Positions 1 through 9,758 of a stretch of 64,000 bases of DNA are shown here, piece after piece. How positions within the stretch are numbered: position 1 is the first letter of the stretch; every line of letters begins with the position of its first letter. Under the pieces are notes generated by a model. That model ran no database searches and had not been told where the DNA came from. It saw only the letters and a list, made by a program, of their open reading frames with translations. Both the position numbers and the translations under genes were made by a program. The stretch comes from a virus, in the IMG/VR virus record IMGVR_UViG_3300032245_000762, positions 4,111-68,110 of that record. One strand, given 5' to 3'.

Positions 1-189
1 TTATGAGTTAATTATATTTTTTTCTGCTAAGATGTCATACATGTTTCCAAAAAAGTATTTCATTGTTGGACGAGACTGTGCCATTTTTTCATTAGCTTCA
101 GACTCCTCCATGCCAGCTTGAAAACACAATGCCATGTTATCATCTTCAAAAGATGCTAACATTAAATCTACAACTTCTTCTTTTGTCAT
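1..189 (-). CDS. hypothetical phage protein
   Basis: ORF track gives 1..252. ATG at 189 (MTKEEVV) avoids overlap with the neighbouring gene and is the likelier start; stop TAA at 1-3. Confidence 0.6.
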   Translation of the reverse strand: MTKEEVVDLMLASFEDDNMALCFQAGMEESEANEKMAQSRPTMKYFFGNMYDILAEKNIINS

Positions 190-190
190 A

Positions 191-394
191 TTATTTCTCA
201 TCTTCTCCTGGGTTATAGGCTGGGTTAGGTCCAAGTAAAAAACCCTCTTCATGATATTTTATCATTTTTTCAATTTCTTCAGATCCAAGTTGAGACTTAG
301 CCATTAAAGTTAAAACATCATAAATTCTATGTAACATAATGTAATTTACCATTGGAAGGTTATCTTCTAGGTTTTGCATTTCTTCTTCAGCCAA
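191..394 (-). CDS. hypothetical phage protein
   Basis: 67-aa ORF with TTG start, tightly packed with its neighbours on the minus strand. Confidence 0.6.
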   Translation of the reverse strand: MAEEEMQNLEDNLPMVNYIMLHRIYDVLTLMAKSQLGSEEIEKMIKYHEEGFLLGPNPAYNPGEDEK

Positions 395-599
395 TTGTTT
401 TTACCGCCTTTTCTATATCAGTGTATAGTTTTTCTCCTACAAATTTTTTATAAGAGCAGGAAAGACAATATAAAAATATATTATCTTCCAAATCTAAATT
501 AGATAGAAGAAGACCTTGGTCCATTGGGCATTCCAATTTAGACACAAGACCTTCTTCTGATAAAGCTATATATTTAGATACTGTTTGTATCCTTTTCAA
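387..599 (-). CDS. small zinc-ribbon-like protein
   Basis: CPMD...CLSC motif in a 70-aa ORF within the packed minus-strand operon. Confidence 0.55.
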   Translation of the reverse strand: MKRIQTVSKYIALSEEGLVSKLECPMDQGLLLSNLDLEDNIFLYCLSCSYKKFVGEKLYTDIEKAVKTIG

Positions 600-608
600 A
601 TATAACTC

Positions 609-1160
609 CTATGCTTTTGGGAATTGCAATAGCCATTCCTTAGCCTTTGGGGTAAGTCCCTTCCAGGCTGACCAATCAATTCCGCCATCGGTCATATAAT
701 ACGTTATCTCAGCGTTTGTTACTGGATCAAATAATTCCTTATTTGACGTTAGGTTAAATTTTTCTTGTCGTATGTTGGCTAAATTGCCAATCATATTTAT
801 TTGAAAAATTCCGTAAGAACTGTCTCCAGTCTTCTTATTACCATTGTAAGCCATTGGGCGTCCGTTAGACTCCCGCTTAGCAATAGCCCATGCCGTTTTA
901 AGGGCATTTCCTTCAAACCCTACAGCCCATAATAAATCTTTCAATTCATCATCTGTAAGCATTTCTGAATTAGAATAAGTATCATTACTAAACTTATCTA
1001 CTATTTCTCTTTTAAGTTGTTTTTCAGTTTTTGCTGGTTTTACTGTTAAAGCTTCTGATATTGATGGACCAGGTTGGACGGAAAATAGAAATAATGTTAT
1101 TATTGCTATTGCAGTCCAATGATGCACAACATCACTAAGCTTTTGTTTTACTCTCTCCAT
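609..1160 (-). CDS. exported lysozyme-like/SLT-type transglycosylase
   Basis: Hydrophobic N-terminal segment (AIAIITLFLFSV), catalytic-type ES in AIAKRESNG, YGIFQIN and WSAW motifs. RBS AAGGAGG favours the second ATG (1160). Confidence 0.75.
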   Translation of the reverse strand: MERVKQKLSDVVHHWTAIAIITLFLFSVQPGPSISEALTVKPAKTEKQLKREIVDKFSNDTYSNSEMLTDDELKDLLWAVGFEGNALKTAWAIAKRESNGRPMAYNGNKKTGDSSYGIFQINMIGNLANIRQEKFNLTSNKELFDPVTNAEITYYMTDGGIDWSAWKGLTPKAKEWLLQFPKA

Positions 1161-1192
1161 TGGCATTCCTCCTTTAGAGATAACGAACTATA

Positions 1193-1222
1193 ATAATAAC
1201 ATTACTTGACAGTAGGTGTCAA
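1193..1222 (-). promoter_or_regulatory. sigma70/SigA-type promoter for the leftward operon, overlapped by the palindrome CTTGACA-N5-TGTCAAG
   Basis: Minus strand reads TTGACA-N18-TATTAT with a TGn extension; inverted repeat at 1205-1223. Confidence 0.6.
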
Positions 1223-1244
1223 GCTAGTTGACTAGAAAGATTTT

Positions 1245-2234
1245 ATGAATATATCGTTTTCTACGCCTATTGTAAACATAAGAACACATAATGGTTATGG
1301 TTATGCAGCAAAAAACATAGTTAAATCTTTAAATGATCTTGGACATTTTGTGCCATTTCAAGATTCTAAATCTTTAGTTCAATTAAATTTTTCACAACCA
1401 ACACATTTTAAATTACATAGAAATCAATATCAAATTAGTTATACTCCCTGGGAATCAACAGAAATTCCAGATGCTTGGAAATATTATATGAGTGCTTGTG
1501 ATGAAATTTGGACAACATCTGATTGGTGTGCAAATGTATTTCAAGATAATGGCTATAAAGATGTGAAAATTTATCCACATGGTATTGATCCTATGTGGAC
1601 TCCTAAACGTCGTGTAGATGATGGAATAATTAAATTTTTGCATATTGGAGAACCAGCACCAAGAAAAGCTGGACAAATGACCGTAGATGCTTTTGCTGCA
1701 TTATTTGGAAACAAAGAGGGTTTTTCTTTAACTATAAAAGCAGATACAGTTAATACCACTAGAATTTTTAATAATTATATAGATAGAAATATAATTGGTT
1801 TACCAGATGAAAAATATAATAATATATATATAATAAAAAATATACTAAATGATGAAGAACTTGTTAAGTTATATCATGATCATGATGTTTTAATTTATCC
1901 AAGTTATGGAGAAGGTTTTGGCTTTATTCCACTCCAGGCGCTTGCAACAGGAATGCCAACAATATGCACAAGTGGTTGGGCTCATTATGAAAATTATTTA
2001 GGGCCATTAAAAATTAAATCTCAAATGATGGACTCACCTTGGCCATTTCCACATCAAGGTAAGGTATTTGAACCAGAGTATAAACATTTACTTGAACTTA
2101 TGAGAGACGTTGCTTCAAACTTTAATGCATATTCAGGATATTATTTTGCTCAGTCAACTAAAATACATAAAGATTATAATTGGTTAAAGTTGACTAAAAA
2201 TTCTTTTAATCATATTTTTAAAAAATTTTCTTAA
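1245..2234 (+). CDS. glycosyltransferase, GT4 (GT-B fold)
   Basis: YTPWES, IYPHGID, RKAG and YPSYGEGFGFIPLQALATGMPTI motifs. Confidence 0.85.
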   Translation: MNISFSTPIVNIRTHNGYGYAAKNIVKSLNDLGHFVPFQDSKSLVQLNFSQPTHFKLHRNQYQISYTPWESTEIPDAWKYYMSACDEIWTTSDWCANVFQDNGYKDVKIYPHGIDPMWTPKRRVDDGIIKFLHIGEPAPRKAGQMTVDAFAALFGNKEGFSLTIKADTVNTTRIFNNYIDRNIIGLPDEKYNNIYIIKNILNDEELVKLYHDHDVLIYPSYGEGFGFIPLQALATGMPTICTSGWAHYENYLGPLKIKSQMMDSPWPFPHQGKVFEPEYKHLLELMRDVASNFNAYSGYYFAQSTKIHKDYNWLKLTKNSFNHIFKKFS

Positions 2235-2258
2235 AGACTTCCCCTTTAATAAAAAGTT

Positions 2259-2267
2259 TGATACACT
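2259..2267 (+). promoter_or_regulatory. extended -10 promoter upstream of the RNR gene
   Basis: TGATACACT in the intergenic gap. Confidence 0.4.
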
Positions 2268-2310
2268 AAGACTTCAATCATTTTTTAGAAAAGGCGGAGA
2301 AAAGGTATAT

Positions 2311-4245
2311 ATGTCAAAAACAATTGAAAATCCATATGAAAACTTTATTGCATTATCAAGATATGCAAGATGGATTCCTGAAGAAAATCGTCGTGAAACA
2401 TGGGGTGAAACTGTAGACCGTTATTTTGCATTTATGCTTGATCATTTATTTAAAGAGCACGGATATGAACCAGACTCGAAACTTGTTGCAGAATTAAAAC
2501 AAGCAGTCCTTGATAGAAGCGTTATGCCATCAATGAGATCCGTAATGACTGCAGGTGCCGCATTGGATAGAGATCATGTTGCTGGATATAACTGCTCATT
2601 TGTTCCAGTAGACAACCCAAGATCATTTGATGAAACAATGTATATTCTTATGTGTGGAACTGGAGTAGGATTTTCTGTTGAGTATAAGTATGTTAATAAA
2701 CTTCCTTCTATTCCAGATTCTTTTGAAAAGTCAGATACAGTAATTGTTGTAGAAGACTCAAAGCAGGGTTGGGCAAAGGCATATCGTGAATTGCTAGCAC
2801 TTCTTTGGACAGGACATATTCCAGCAATTGATGTTTCAAAAGTTCGTCCCGCAGGCGCAAGACTTAAAACAATGGGTGGAAGATCATCTGGCCCACAACC
2901 ATTAATTAATCTTTTTGATTTTACAATTGCTAAATTTAAATCAGCAGCAGGTCGTCAATTAAAGCCAATTGAAGCTCACGATATTATGTGTAAGATTGGC
3001 GAAGTAGTTGTAGTTGGCGGAGTTCGTCGTTCAGCCATGATTTCTCTTTCAAATATTAATGATATAGAAATGGCTGCAGCAAAATCTGGAAATTGGTGGG
3101 AGCAAAATGCACAACGTGCTTTATCAAATAACTCTGTTGCGTATTCTCGCAAGCCACAAATGGAGCAATTTATAGCAGAATGGAAAAACCTTTATGACTC
3201 TAAATCAGGAGAACGTGGAATCTACAATGTCGCAGCAGCTCAAGCGCAAGCAGCAAAATATGGACGCAGAGACCCAGAAATTCATTATGGAACGAACCCT
3301 TGTTCAGAAATTATCCTCAGACCTTATCAGTTTTGTAATCTTTCAGAGGTGGTATTACGAGACAAAGATACAGTTGAAGATGTTGCAAATAAAGTCCGAC
3401 TTGCAACAATTCTTGGGACTTGGCAATCAACGCTCACAGACTTTAAGTATTTACGCAAAATCTGGAAAGACAACACAGAAGAGGAAAGACTTCTAGGAGT
3501 TTCTTTAACTGGTCAATTTGGACACAAGTTTTTTTCTGGAAAACAAGATATTAAAAAACTAGAAGATACTTTAAATAGATTGCGTGAATATGCTAGAGAA
3601 ATGAACAAAGAAGAGGCTGGCAAAATTGGGATTCCAGAGTCTGCAGCTATTACATGCGTAAAGCCTTCAGGAACAGTATCTCAATTGGTCGGGGTGTCTT
3701 CAGGAATGCATCCATGGCATTCTGAATATTATATTAGAACAGTTCGTGGCTCTAAAGGAGATCCAATCTCTACATTTTTAAAAGAAGTTGGGATCCCAGT
3801 AGAAGATGATGTTATGAAGCCAAATGAAACATATGTATTTTCATTTCCAGTAAAAGCTCCACAAGGTGCAATTGTTAGAAATGATTTAACAGCACTAGAT
3901 CACCTAAACACTTGGTTAGTATATCAACGTGCATGGTGCGAACATAAACCATCAATTACGGTTTCCGTAAAAGAAGATGAATGGATGGCAGTAGGAGCAT
4001 GGGTATATGAGCATTTTGATGAGGTTTCTGGAATTTCATTTCTGCCACATTCAGACCACACATATAAGCAGGCTCCGTATCAAGAAGTTTCTAAAGAAGA
4101 ATACTTAGATTTGGTTTCTAAAATGCCAAAAGAAATTCGATGGTCAGACCTTTCTTTTTATGAAACAGAAGATGGCACTTCAACCAATGCAACATTGGCA
4201 TGCAGTTCAGACGGTAACTGTGAACTAGTAGATATATCTGTTTAA
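2311..4245 (+). CDS. nrdJ: class II (adenosylcobalamin-dependent) ribonucleotide reductase
   Basis: RRETWGETVDRY, GYNCSF, GGVRRSAMISLS, TNPCSEIIL (active-site NPCxE), TCVKPSGTVSQL, EHKPSITV and a C-terminal Cys pair ACSSDGNC. No intein. Confidence 0.92.
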   Translation: MSKTIENPYENFIALSRYARWIPEENRRETWGETVDRYFAFMLDHLFKEHGYEPDSKLVAELKQAVLDRSVMPSMRSVMTAGAALDRDHVAGYNCSFVPVDNPRSFDETMYILMCGTGVGFSVEYKYVNKLPSIPDSFEKSDTVIVVEDSKQGWAKAYRELLALLWTGHIPAIDVSKVRPAGARLKTMGGRSSGPQPLINLFDFTIAKFKSAAGRQLKPIEAHDIMCKIGEVVVVGGVRRSAMISLSNINDIEMAAAKSGNWWEQNAQRALSNNSVAYSRKPQMEQFIAEWKNLYDSKSGERGIYNVAAAQAQAAKYGRRDPEIHYGTNPCSEIILRPYQFCNLSEVVLRDKDTVEDVANKVRLATILGTWQSTLTDFKYLRKIWKDNTEEERLLGVSLTGQFGHKFFSGKQDIKKLEDTLNRLREYAREMNKEEAGKIGIPESAAITCVKPSGTVSQLVGVSSGMHPWHSEYYIRTVRGSKGDPISTFLKEVGIPVEDDVMKPNETYVFSFPVKAPQGAIVRNDLTALDHLNTWLVYQRAWCEHKPSITVSVKEDEWMAVGAWVYEHFDEVSGISFLPHSDHTYKQAPYQEVSKEEYLDLVSKMPKEIRWSDLSFYETEDGTSTNATLACSSDGNCELVDISV

Positions 4246-5198
4246 TGAAAATTGCAATAACAGGAGCTACTGGTTTAGTAGGATCTCATTTAGCAAATAA
4301 ATATTTATCAGATGGCTGGGAAGTTTACGCTTTAGTCAAAGATGAATCTTCTGCTAGCATACTAGATAGGCGAGTTAATAGGGTTTACGGTAATGTAAAT
4401 AATAAATCTGACGTAGACTATTTAATTCAAAAATCATTACCTAGATACTTTGTTCATCTTGCAGCACAAACCCAAGCTTATGATTCACTTAAATATCCAT
4501 ATAATACTTTTTATACAAATTTAGTTGGAACATTGAATGTTTTAGAAGCATTAAAAGAATATGGAGCATGTAAATCAATTATTGTTGCCTCAAGCGATAA
4601 AGCTTACGGGGAACTTGAGGGAGAAGAATATTTAGAAGATCATAAAATTAATGGGATATATCCATACGATGCTTCTAAATCTGCTACCGAAATAATTGCT
4701 AATTCTTATAAAAAAACTTACGCCTTGCCTGTATGCATTACAAGATGTTGTAATATTTATGGAACTAACGATACTAATCAAGAAAGATTAATTACTGGAA
4801 TTATAAATGCTTATGTCCGTAAAGAAATTTTTATTATTAGAAATGGCGGAGAGGATATTAGAGAATATATTCACGTATTAGATGTTGTTTCTGCCTACCA
4901 AGACATTCTTGAGCATATAGAACGTGATTCATCAATAGACGCATTTAATATTTCTTCAGGAGAAAGATTTACCACTTTAGAAATTTTTAACAAAGTTCAA
5001 GCGGCCCTGGGAGATATTGTAAATCATAAAATAATTAAAGAAAAAAATATGGAAATTAAAAAACAGTTTATGAATTCTAGTTTACTAAAAAAAACTACTG
5101 GATGGCAGCCTAAAAATAATCTCGACGACTCTATTGTGGAAACATCAAAATGGTATCTATCAAATATTGGCAAAAGAGATTGGCTTATGATAAAATAG
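4245..5198 (+). CDS. NAD-dependent nucleotide-sugar epimerase/4,6-dehydratase (extended SDR)
   Basis: ITGATGLVGS Rossmann motif, HLAAQ, ASSDKAYG, YDASK (YxxxK), NIYG and REYIHVLD. Confidence 0.88.
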   Translation: MKIAITGATGLVGSHLANKYLSDGWEVYALVKDESSASILDRRVNRVYGNVNNKSDVDYLIQKSLPRYFVHLAAQTQAYDSLKYPYNTFYTNLVGTLNVLEALKEYGACKSIIVASSDKAYGELEGEEYLEDHKINGIYPYDASKSATEIIANSYKKTYALPVCITRCCNIYGTNDTNQERLITGIINAYVRKEIFIIRNGGEDIREYIHVLDVVSAYQDILEHIERDSSIDAFNISSGERFTTLEIFNKVQAALGDIVNHKIIKEKNMEIKKQFMNSSLLKKTTGWQPKNNLDDSIVETSKWYLSNIGKRDWLMIK

Positions 5199-5248
5199 TA
5201 TTGGGTAAAACCAATTCCTGAGCAAAAGCTCAAAAGGAGATGATAAAT

Positions 5249-5491
5249 ATGGCCACAAAGAAATTTGATAAGGCTGATTTAAATAAAGACGGGATAGTAA
5301 CAGTGCAAGAACAGATTCTAAATGCATTAGGAACTTACGGCAGAGCTTTTCTTGCCGCCGCAATGGCCCTTTACATGACTGGAAATACAAATCCAAAAGA
5401 TTTGTTGGCAGCAGGCGTTGCAGCTATAGCCCCAGTGATTTTGAAGGCATTAAACCCTAACGATAAGAGTTTTGGGTTTACAAACAAGTAA
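5249..5491 (+). CDS. putative holin / small membrane protein
   Basis: Two hydrophobic helices (YGRAFLAAAMALY; LLAAGVAAIAPVILKALNP-D-FG), resembling actinophage holins. ORF track start is 5240; RBS AAGGAG supports ATG 5249. Confidence 0.6.
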   Translation: MATKKFDKADLNKDGIVTVQEQILNALGTYGRAFLAAAMALYMTGNTNPKDLLAAGVAAIAPVILKALNPNDKSFGFTNK

Positions 5492-5517
5492 TACAATTTA
5501 ATAACGAATTAGGATAG

Positions 5518-5547
5518 CTCCTATGCTAAAATGAGCATAGGAGTTTT
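5518..5547 (+). terminator. Rho-independent terminator
   Basis: CTCCTATGCT-AAAATG-AGCATAGGAG followed by TTTT; also contains TGCTAAAAT, an extended -10-like box. Confidence 0.65.
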
Positions 5548-5569
5548 CCTATTTTAGGAGATTTTGCAA

Positions 5570-5920
5570 ATGGCAGTAACTAAAAATTTTGAAGTAGATC
5601 AAAATGCTACTTTTTCATTTCAAGTGCAATACACACTTGATGATGAAGTAACGCCTATTGATCTTACTGGGGCATCTGCAAAGATGCAGGTTCGTGACAC
5701 TAAGGGTGGCAGCAAGTTAGCTTTTACATTAACTTCCCCACTTGGAGGAATTATTATTAATGGTCCAACTGGAACATTAGATATTAAAATCACGCCTACA
5801 CAAACCAATAAGTTATTCTATCCAAAGTCTTCTTACGACATTATGGTAGTCGATTCTAATGGGAATAAAATAAAACTCCTCGAAGGTTTTATGACTCTCA
5901 GTAGATCGGTTACAATATGA
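5570..5920 (+). CDS. virion structural/adaptor protein (Ig-like, BppU/LtfC-like)
   Basis: DQNATF...IDLTGASAKMQVR...YDIMV...LLEG pattern common in phage fibre-anchor proteins. RBS AGGAG before ATG 5570. Confidence 0.55.
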   Translation: MAVTKNFEVDQNATFSFQVQYTLDDEVTPIDLTGASAKMQVRDTKGGSKLAFTLTSPLGGIIINGPTGTLDIKITPTQTNKLFYPKSSYDIMVVDSNGNKIKLLEGFMTLSRSVTI

Positions 5921-6369
5921 CAGAAAAAGTAATAGTAACAGAAGAAAAACGTAAAGTAATTATATCCACTTCAGGTCCGCAAGGTCCTAGAGGTAAAACA
6001 ATATTAAATGGAACTGGTGCTCCTAGTAATAATCTTGGAGTAACTGGAGATTTTTATGTTAACAACGATACTCATCAATTTTATGGACCAAAACTTTCTG
6101 ATGTTTCATGGAACGATGCAAATATAATTCAATTGGCTACTCAAGGTGCAGATTATGCATATTCAACTTCATGGGAAATTGCTCAAGTTGTAGGACCATC
6201 TCAAGGCATATATTCAGTAATACTAACACATAATCTTGGATTTTTTCCAAACGTAACAACCAAAGATAGTTCTGGAGAAACAGTAGAAACTGGTCTAGAC
6301 TATTTAGATACAAACACAATAAAGCTGACAATGGCTCAACCATTTTCAGGGACAGCTTACCTGTCATAA
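5917..6369 (+). CDS. small fibre-associated structural protein
   Basis: GPQGPRG collagen stub, GxGAP..GDFY..YGPK motif, and a C-terminal THNLG-FP-V domain. Confidence 0.6.
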   Translation: MTEKVIVTEEKRKVIISTSGPQGPRGKTILNGTGAPSNNLGVTGDFYVNNDTHQFYGPKLSDVSWNDANIIQLATQGADYAYSTSWEIAQVVGPSQGIYSVILTHNLGFFPNVTTKDSSGETVETGLDYLDTNTIKLTMAQPFSGTAYLS

Positions 6370-6382
6370 AGGAGAATAAAAA

Positions 6383-8752
6383 ATGGCAAGAAAATTTTTA
6401 GTCAGTTTAGATCTCAATAAAAATGAGTTATTAAACGCTAGATTACAAAATCTGTCCTCCGACCCATCTTCACCAGTGGCAGGTCAGATTTACTATAACA
6501 CAGTTGATAAAGTAACCAAGTTCTATGATGGAACTCAATGGATTGCTGGAGGTTCAACAAAATTTGGTAACACAGCAGCTAGACCAGCAGCATCAAAAGC
6601 TGGAACACTGTATATTGACACACAAACAAACACAATATATTTAGATAATGGAACTTCTTGGCTTCAAGCTACAGTCAATGCTTCAGATGTAGCAGATGCA
6701 ATAGATGCATATAATACATCTCATAATGTTTCAAGTGGAGTTCATGGAGTAACTGGCAATATTGTTGGGACTTCAGACACACAAACACTTTCTAACAAGA
6801 CAATCTCAGACAATCTTCATTTTAATGATGGAACAGCTGCTGGATATATTGCAGCTGGAATGGGCGAACTTGTAATTGATGGCAATAATACAATTAGCAT
6901 TAATGCTGATAATAATATCAATCTTACAACAGCTGATGGCGATATTGTTCTTAATGCAGATGGTAATTCTTATATTGGATCAGTTTCAACAAATAACCGA
7001 ATTGCAACAATTGGAGATTTAAATTCAGATGCAGTTGTTCAATCTGTCTCTGGAACAAATGGAGAAGTTGAAGTTTCCACAGACGGATCTGGAAATGTAA
7101 CAGTAGGCTTACCAGATACCGTATATATTGCAAGCACTCTTGAAGTTGGAGCAAATTCAGAAACTGAAACATATAGCAATGGACTTTTGCGTGTTAAAAA
7201 AGCAGATGGATCAAATGCGTTACAAGTAGATTCAGCCGATGGCAAAACTACAATAAACACAGAACTTGAAATTCAAGATGGTTCTGGTAATGCACTTTTA
7301 AATATTTATGAATCAGGAACTGGAACAGCTAGAATTGTTGCTTCTGATGATTTAGCGCTTCGTTCAAATGATGGAGACATTATTCTTTACCCAGGTAATG
7401 ATAATGGAGGAACTGGTAGAGCATATGTTCACTGGGGAAATGATGCAACAGGGTCAAATCCACAAAATGAAATTACCACAGCAGGTAATTCACAGTCAAT
7501 TACTAATAAGACAGTAAATGATGAACTTTACTTTACAAATCCATCAACAAATGGAGAAGACGGTGGAATCAAGGTAAATGACTCTAATGAAAACTTTGAA
7601 ATTAGAGCATACACAGCTGATTTAAATCTTTACTCAGACAATGGAGATATTAATTTAGATGCAGATGGTGTAGTAAAAATTACCTCTACAACACATGTAT
7701 TGGGTAATTTATCTGCAAGCAATATTTATGGCGAAAATATAAATGGAGATGGATCATTAACACTGCTTGATGCAAGTGGTGATTCTTCAATTCAAATTAA
7801 TGGAAATACTAAGAATATTGAAATTATTCCAGTTTCTGGATCAAAGGCATTTTATGGCTCATCAGCAACTGAAGGTAATGAGATTGCTAGAATTTCAGAT
7901 GTTCAGTCACTTGCTTCAGGCTTAGACTGGAAAGCAGCTGTAAATGTTCATATTGATTCCGCCGCAGCAACCGCAATGGGATTATTTGTATCAGGCTCCG
8001 AAGAAACACCTGTTCTTACATCTGGACTTGTTGATGGTCTTCTAATTATTGATGGACACACAATTGACAATAATGACGCTGGTTATAGAATACTTGTAAC
8101 TGGAACCAATAGCACTAAAGATGGTATCTGGGTTGTTAATGCAGTAGCTCAAGAAAACTGGACAGCTCTAAGATCAGAAGATGCAGACACATTTGCAGAA
8201 TTAAAGGGAGCAGCAGTCTTTGTAATGGAAGGCGATCAATATGCTGCAACATCATGGGTTCAAAATAGTCACTATCTAACAAACTTTGTTGGTCAGACAT
8301 GGACTCAGTTTTCAGGACAAGGAACATATATTGGTTCTGATTCAATTCAAATTGATGGAAGAGAAATCAATGTAATTGTAGATAATACAAGAGGCCTTGA
8401 AATTGATGGAGATGGACTTTATGCCAAGATAGGCGACGGTATTCAATTTGATGACTCTGGAAGCATAGAAGTCAATGCTGGAACTGGATTAACTACAGCA
8501 TCAGGAACACTTGAATTTGCTTCAGGGTATGGTGTTCGCAAATATACAACTACAATTGGAGACAACGCAGGTCTAGCATTTGATGTGGTTCATAATTTTG
8601 ACACAAAACATGTTAATGTGCAGGTATTTGAAACTGCATCACCATATGCTCAAGTTGAAACAGATGTAGAACGCACAACTAGCAATAAGGTAGTAATTAA
8701 ATTTGCTTCCGCTCCAAGCGTTAACGAATACGAAGTAGTAGTAATAGGATAA
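6383..8752 (+). CDS. large fibre/decoration protein
   Basis: 789 aa, Gly/Asn/Asp/Thr-rich beta repeats; domains shared with neighbouring fibre genes; RBS AAGGAG. Confidence 0.7.
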   Translation: MARKFLVSLDLNKNELLNARLQNLSSDPSSPVAGQIYYNTVDKVTKFYDGTQWIAGGSTKFGNTAARPAASKAGTLYIDTQTNTIYLDNGTSWLQATVNASDVADAIDAYNTSHNVSSGVHGVTGNIVGTSDTQTLSNKTISDNLHFNDGTAAGYIAAGMGELVIDGNNTISINADNNINLTTADGDIVLNADGNSYIGSVSTNNRIATIGDLNSDAVVQSVSGTNGEVEVSTDGSGNVTVGLPDTVYIASTLEVGANSETETYSNGLLRVKKADGSNALQVDSADGKTTINTELEIQDGSGNALLNIYESGTGTARIVASDDLALRSNDGDIILYPGNDNGGTGRAYVHWGNDATGSNPQNEITTAGNSQSITNKTVNDELYFTNPSTNGEDGGIKVNDSNENFEIRAYTADLNLYSDNGDINLDADGVVKITSTTHVLGNLSASNIYGENINGDGSLTLLDASGDSSIQINGNTKNIEIIPVSGSKAFYGSSATEGNEIARISDVQSLASGLDWKAAVNVHIDSAAATAMGLFVSGSEETPVLTSGLVDGLLIIDGHTIDNNDAGYRILVTGTNSTKDGIWVVNAVAQENWTALRSEDADTFAELKGAAVFVMEGDQYAATSWVQNSHYLTNFVGQTWTQFSGQGTYIGSDSIQIDGREINVIVDNTRGLEIDGDGLYAKIGDGIQFDDSGSIEVNAGTGLTTASGTLEFASGYGVRKYTTTIGDNAGLAFDVVHNFDTKHVNVQVFETASPYAQVETDVERTTSNKVVIKFASAPSVNEYEVVVIG

Positions 8753-8756
8753 TATA

Positions 8757-9119
8757 ATGTCAAGAAAATTTAAGTCTTTACTTAATTTGACAACACTTGC
8801 CACCGACCCAACTGGGTCGGTTGGTGATGTGTTTTTTAATACAACAGAAAAAGCCTTAAAAATTCACAATGGAATAACATGGGTCACACTTGCTAAAAAT
8901 GATGATCCAGCACCATTCTATATGCATACTCATACATACGATGGAGATGTTCATACAATTGATATTGAAAACCCAATAACATTTAAAGAAATAAATACTC
9001 AAGCAAGCGTTTTAGAAACTCTTCCTAAGATAACAGGATTTGATGGAGGTCAACCTTTAGATGTTGTTGAAGATCCTAGTTTCTTAGAACTATCATTGTT
9101 AGATGGCGGAACAGCTTAA
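8757..9119 (+). CDS. small structural protein sharing its N-terminus with 6383..8752
   Basis: MSRKFKSLLNL..DP..GDVFFNT..KIHNG.TW versus MARKFLVSLDL..DP..GQIYYNT..KFYDG.QW. Confidence 0.6.
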   Translation: MSRKFKSLLNLTTLATDPTGSVGDVFFNTTEKALKIHNGITWVTLAKNDDPAPFYMHTHTYDGDVHTIDIENPITFKEINTQASVLETLPKITGFDGGQPLDVVEDPSFLELSLLDGGTA

Positions 9120-9145
9120 TATTTTAATCTCTTATAAATTAGAGA

Positions 9146-9154
9146 TGATATAAT
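9146..9154 (+). promoter_or_regulatory. extended -10 promoter
   Basis: TGATATAAT upstream of 9184; RBS GAGG follows. Confidence 0.5.
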
Positions 9155-9183
9155 TATCATAAGTCATAAATTAGAGGTAAACA

Positions 9184-9741
9184 ATGGCAACAAACTTTCC
9201 AAACTCATTAGATGCATTAGTAAATCCTAATGCAACGGATCCATTATCTAATCCTTCCCACTCTCAACAGCATATAAATCTTAATGATGCGGTTGAAGCA
9301 ATACAGACAAAAATTGGATCGGATGGTTCTAATGATTCAAATTCTATTCAATATAAGATTGCATCAATAGAAACAACCTTAACTGATATAGAAAATAGCA
9401 CCTCAGTAGCAGAACTTTTGCTAGGACTTGAAGGAAATAATGATTTAACAATAACTGGAATAGAAAACAAAACAACAGTAGATAGCTTTGCTAAATCTTT
9501 ATATTCAACAGTAAGATATACACTACAAATCAAAAAAAACAATTTAATTGTTTCTGAACAAATAGATATAGTTAATGATGGAACAAATATAAATGTTAAT
9601 AGATACGAAGTGTCTTCAAATACAAACACAAATCTTTATACTCTAGAATTAGAAGAAAATTCAGGTATAATTAGTTTAAAGGTAACACCAATAAGTGGAT
9701 CTATAACCGCTAGATATTATAGAACGGCCTTAAAAGCTTAA
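9184..9741 (+). CDS. structural protein (coiled coil plus beta domain)
   Basis: MATNFPNSLD...H...NDAVEAIQTKIG N-terminus typical of phage fibre anchors; C-terminal domain resembles that of 9759..11630. Confidence 0.6.
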   Translation: MATNFPNSLDALVNPNATDPLSNPSHSQQHINLNDAVEAIQTKIGSDGSNDSNSIQYKIASIETTLTDIENSTSVAELLLGLEGNNDLTITGIENKTTVDSFAKSLYSTVRYTLQIKKNNLIVSEQIDIVNDGTNINVNRYEVSSNTNTNLYTLELEENSGIISLKVTPISGSITARYYRTALKA

Positions 9742-9758
9742 GGAGTAGAGGGAAAAAA

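Noticed and set aside
1160-1166. Met-Pro-Met dual start as a lambda-S-like regulatory motif
   Set aside because: The first ATG directly abuts the SD and is unlikely to be used, and the gene is not a holin.
5261-5310. EF-hand-like DLNKDGIVT at the holin N-terminus as a calcium sensor
   Set aside because: Single short motif without flanking helix-pair evidence; too weak to support.
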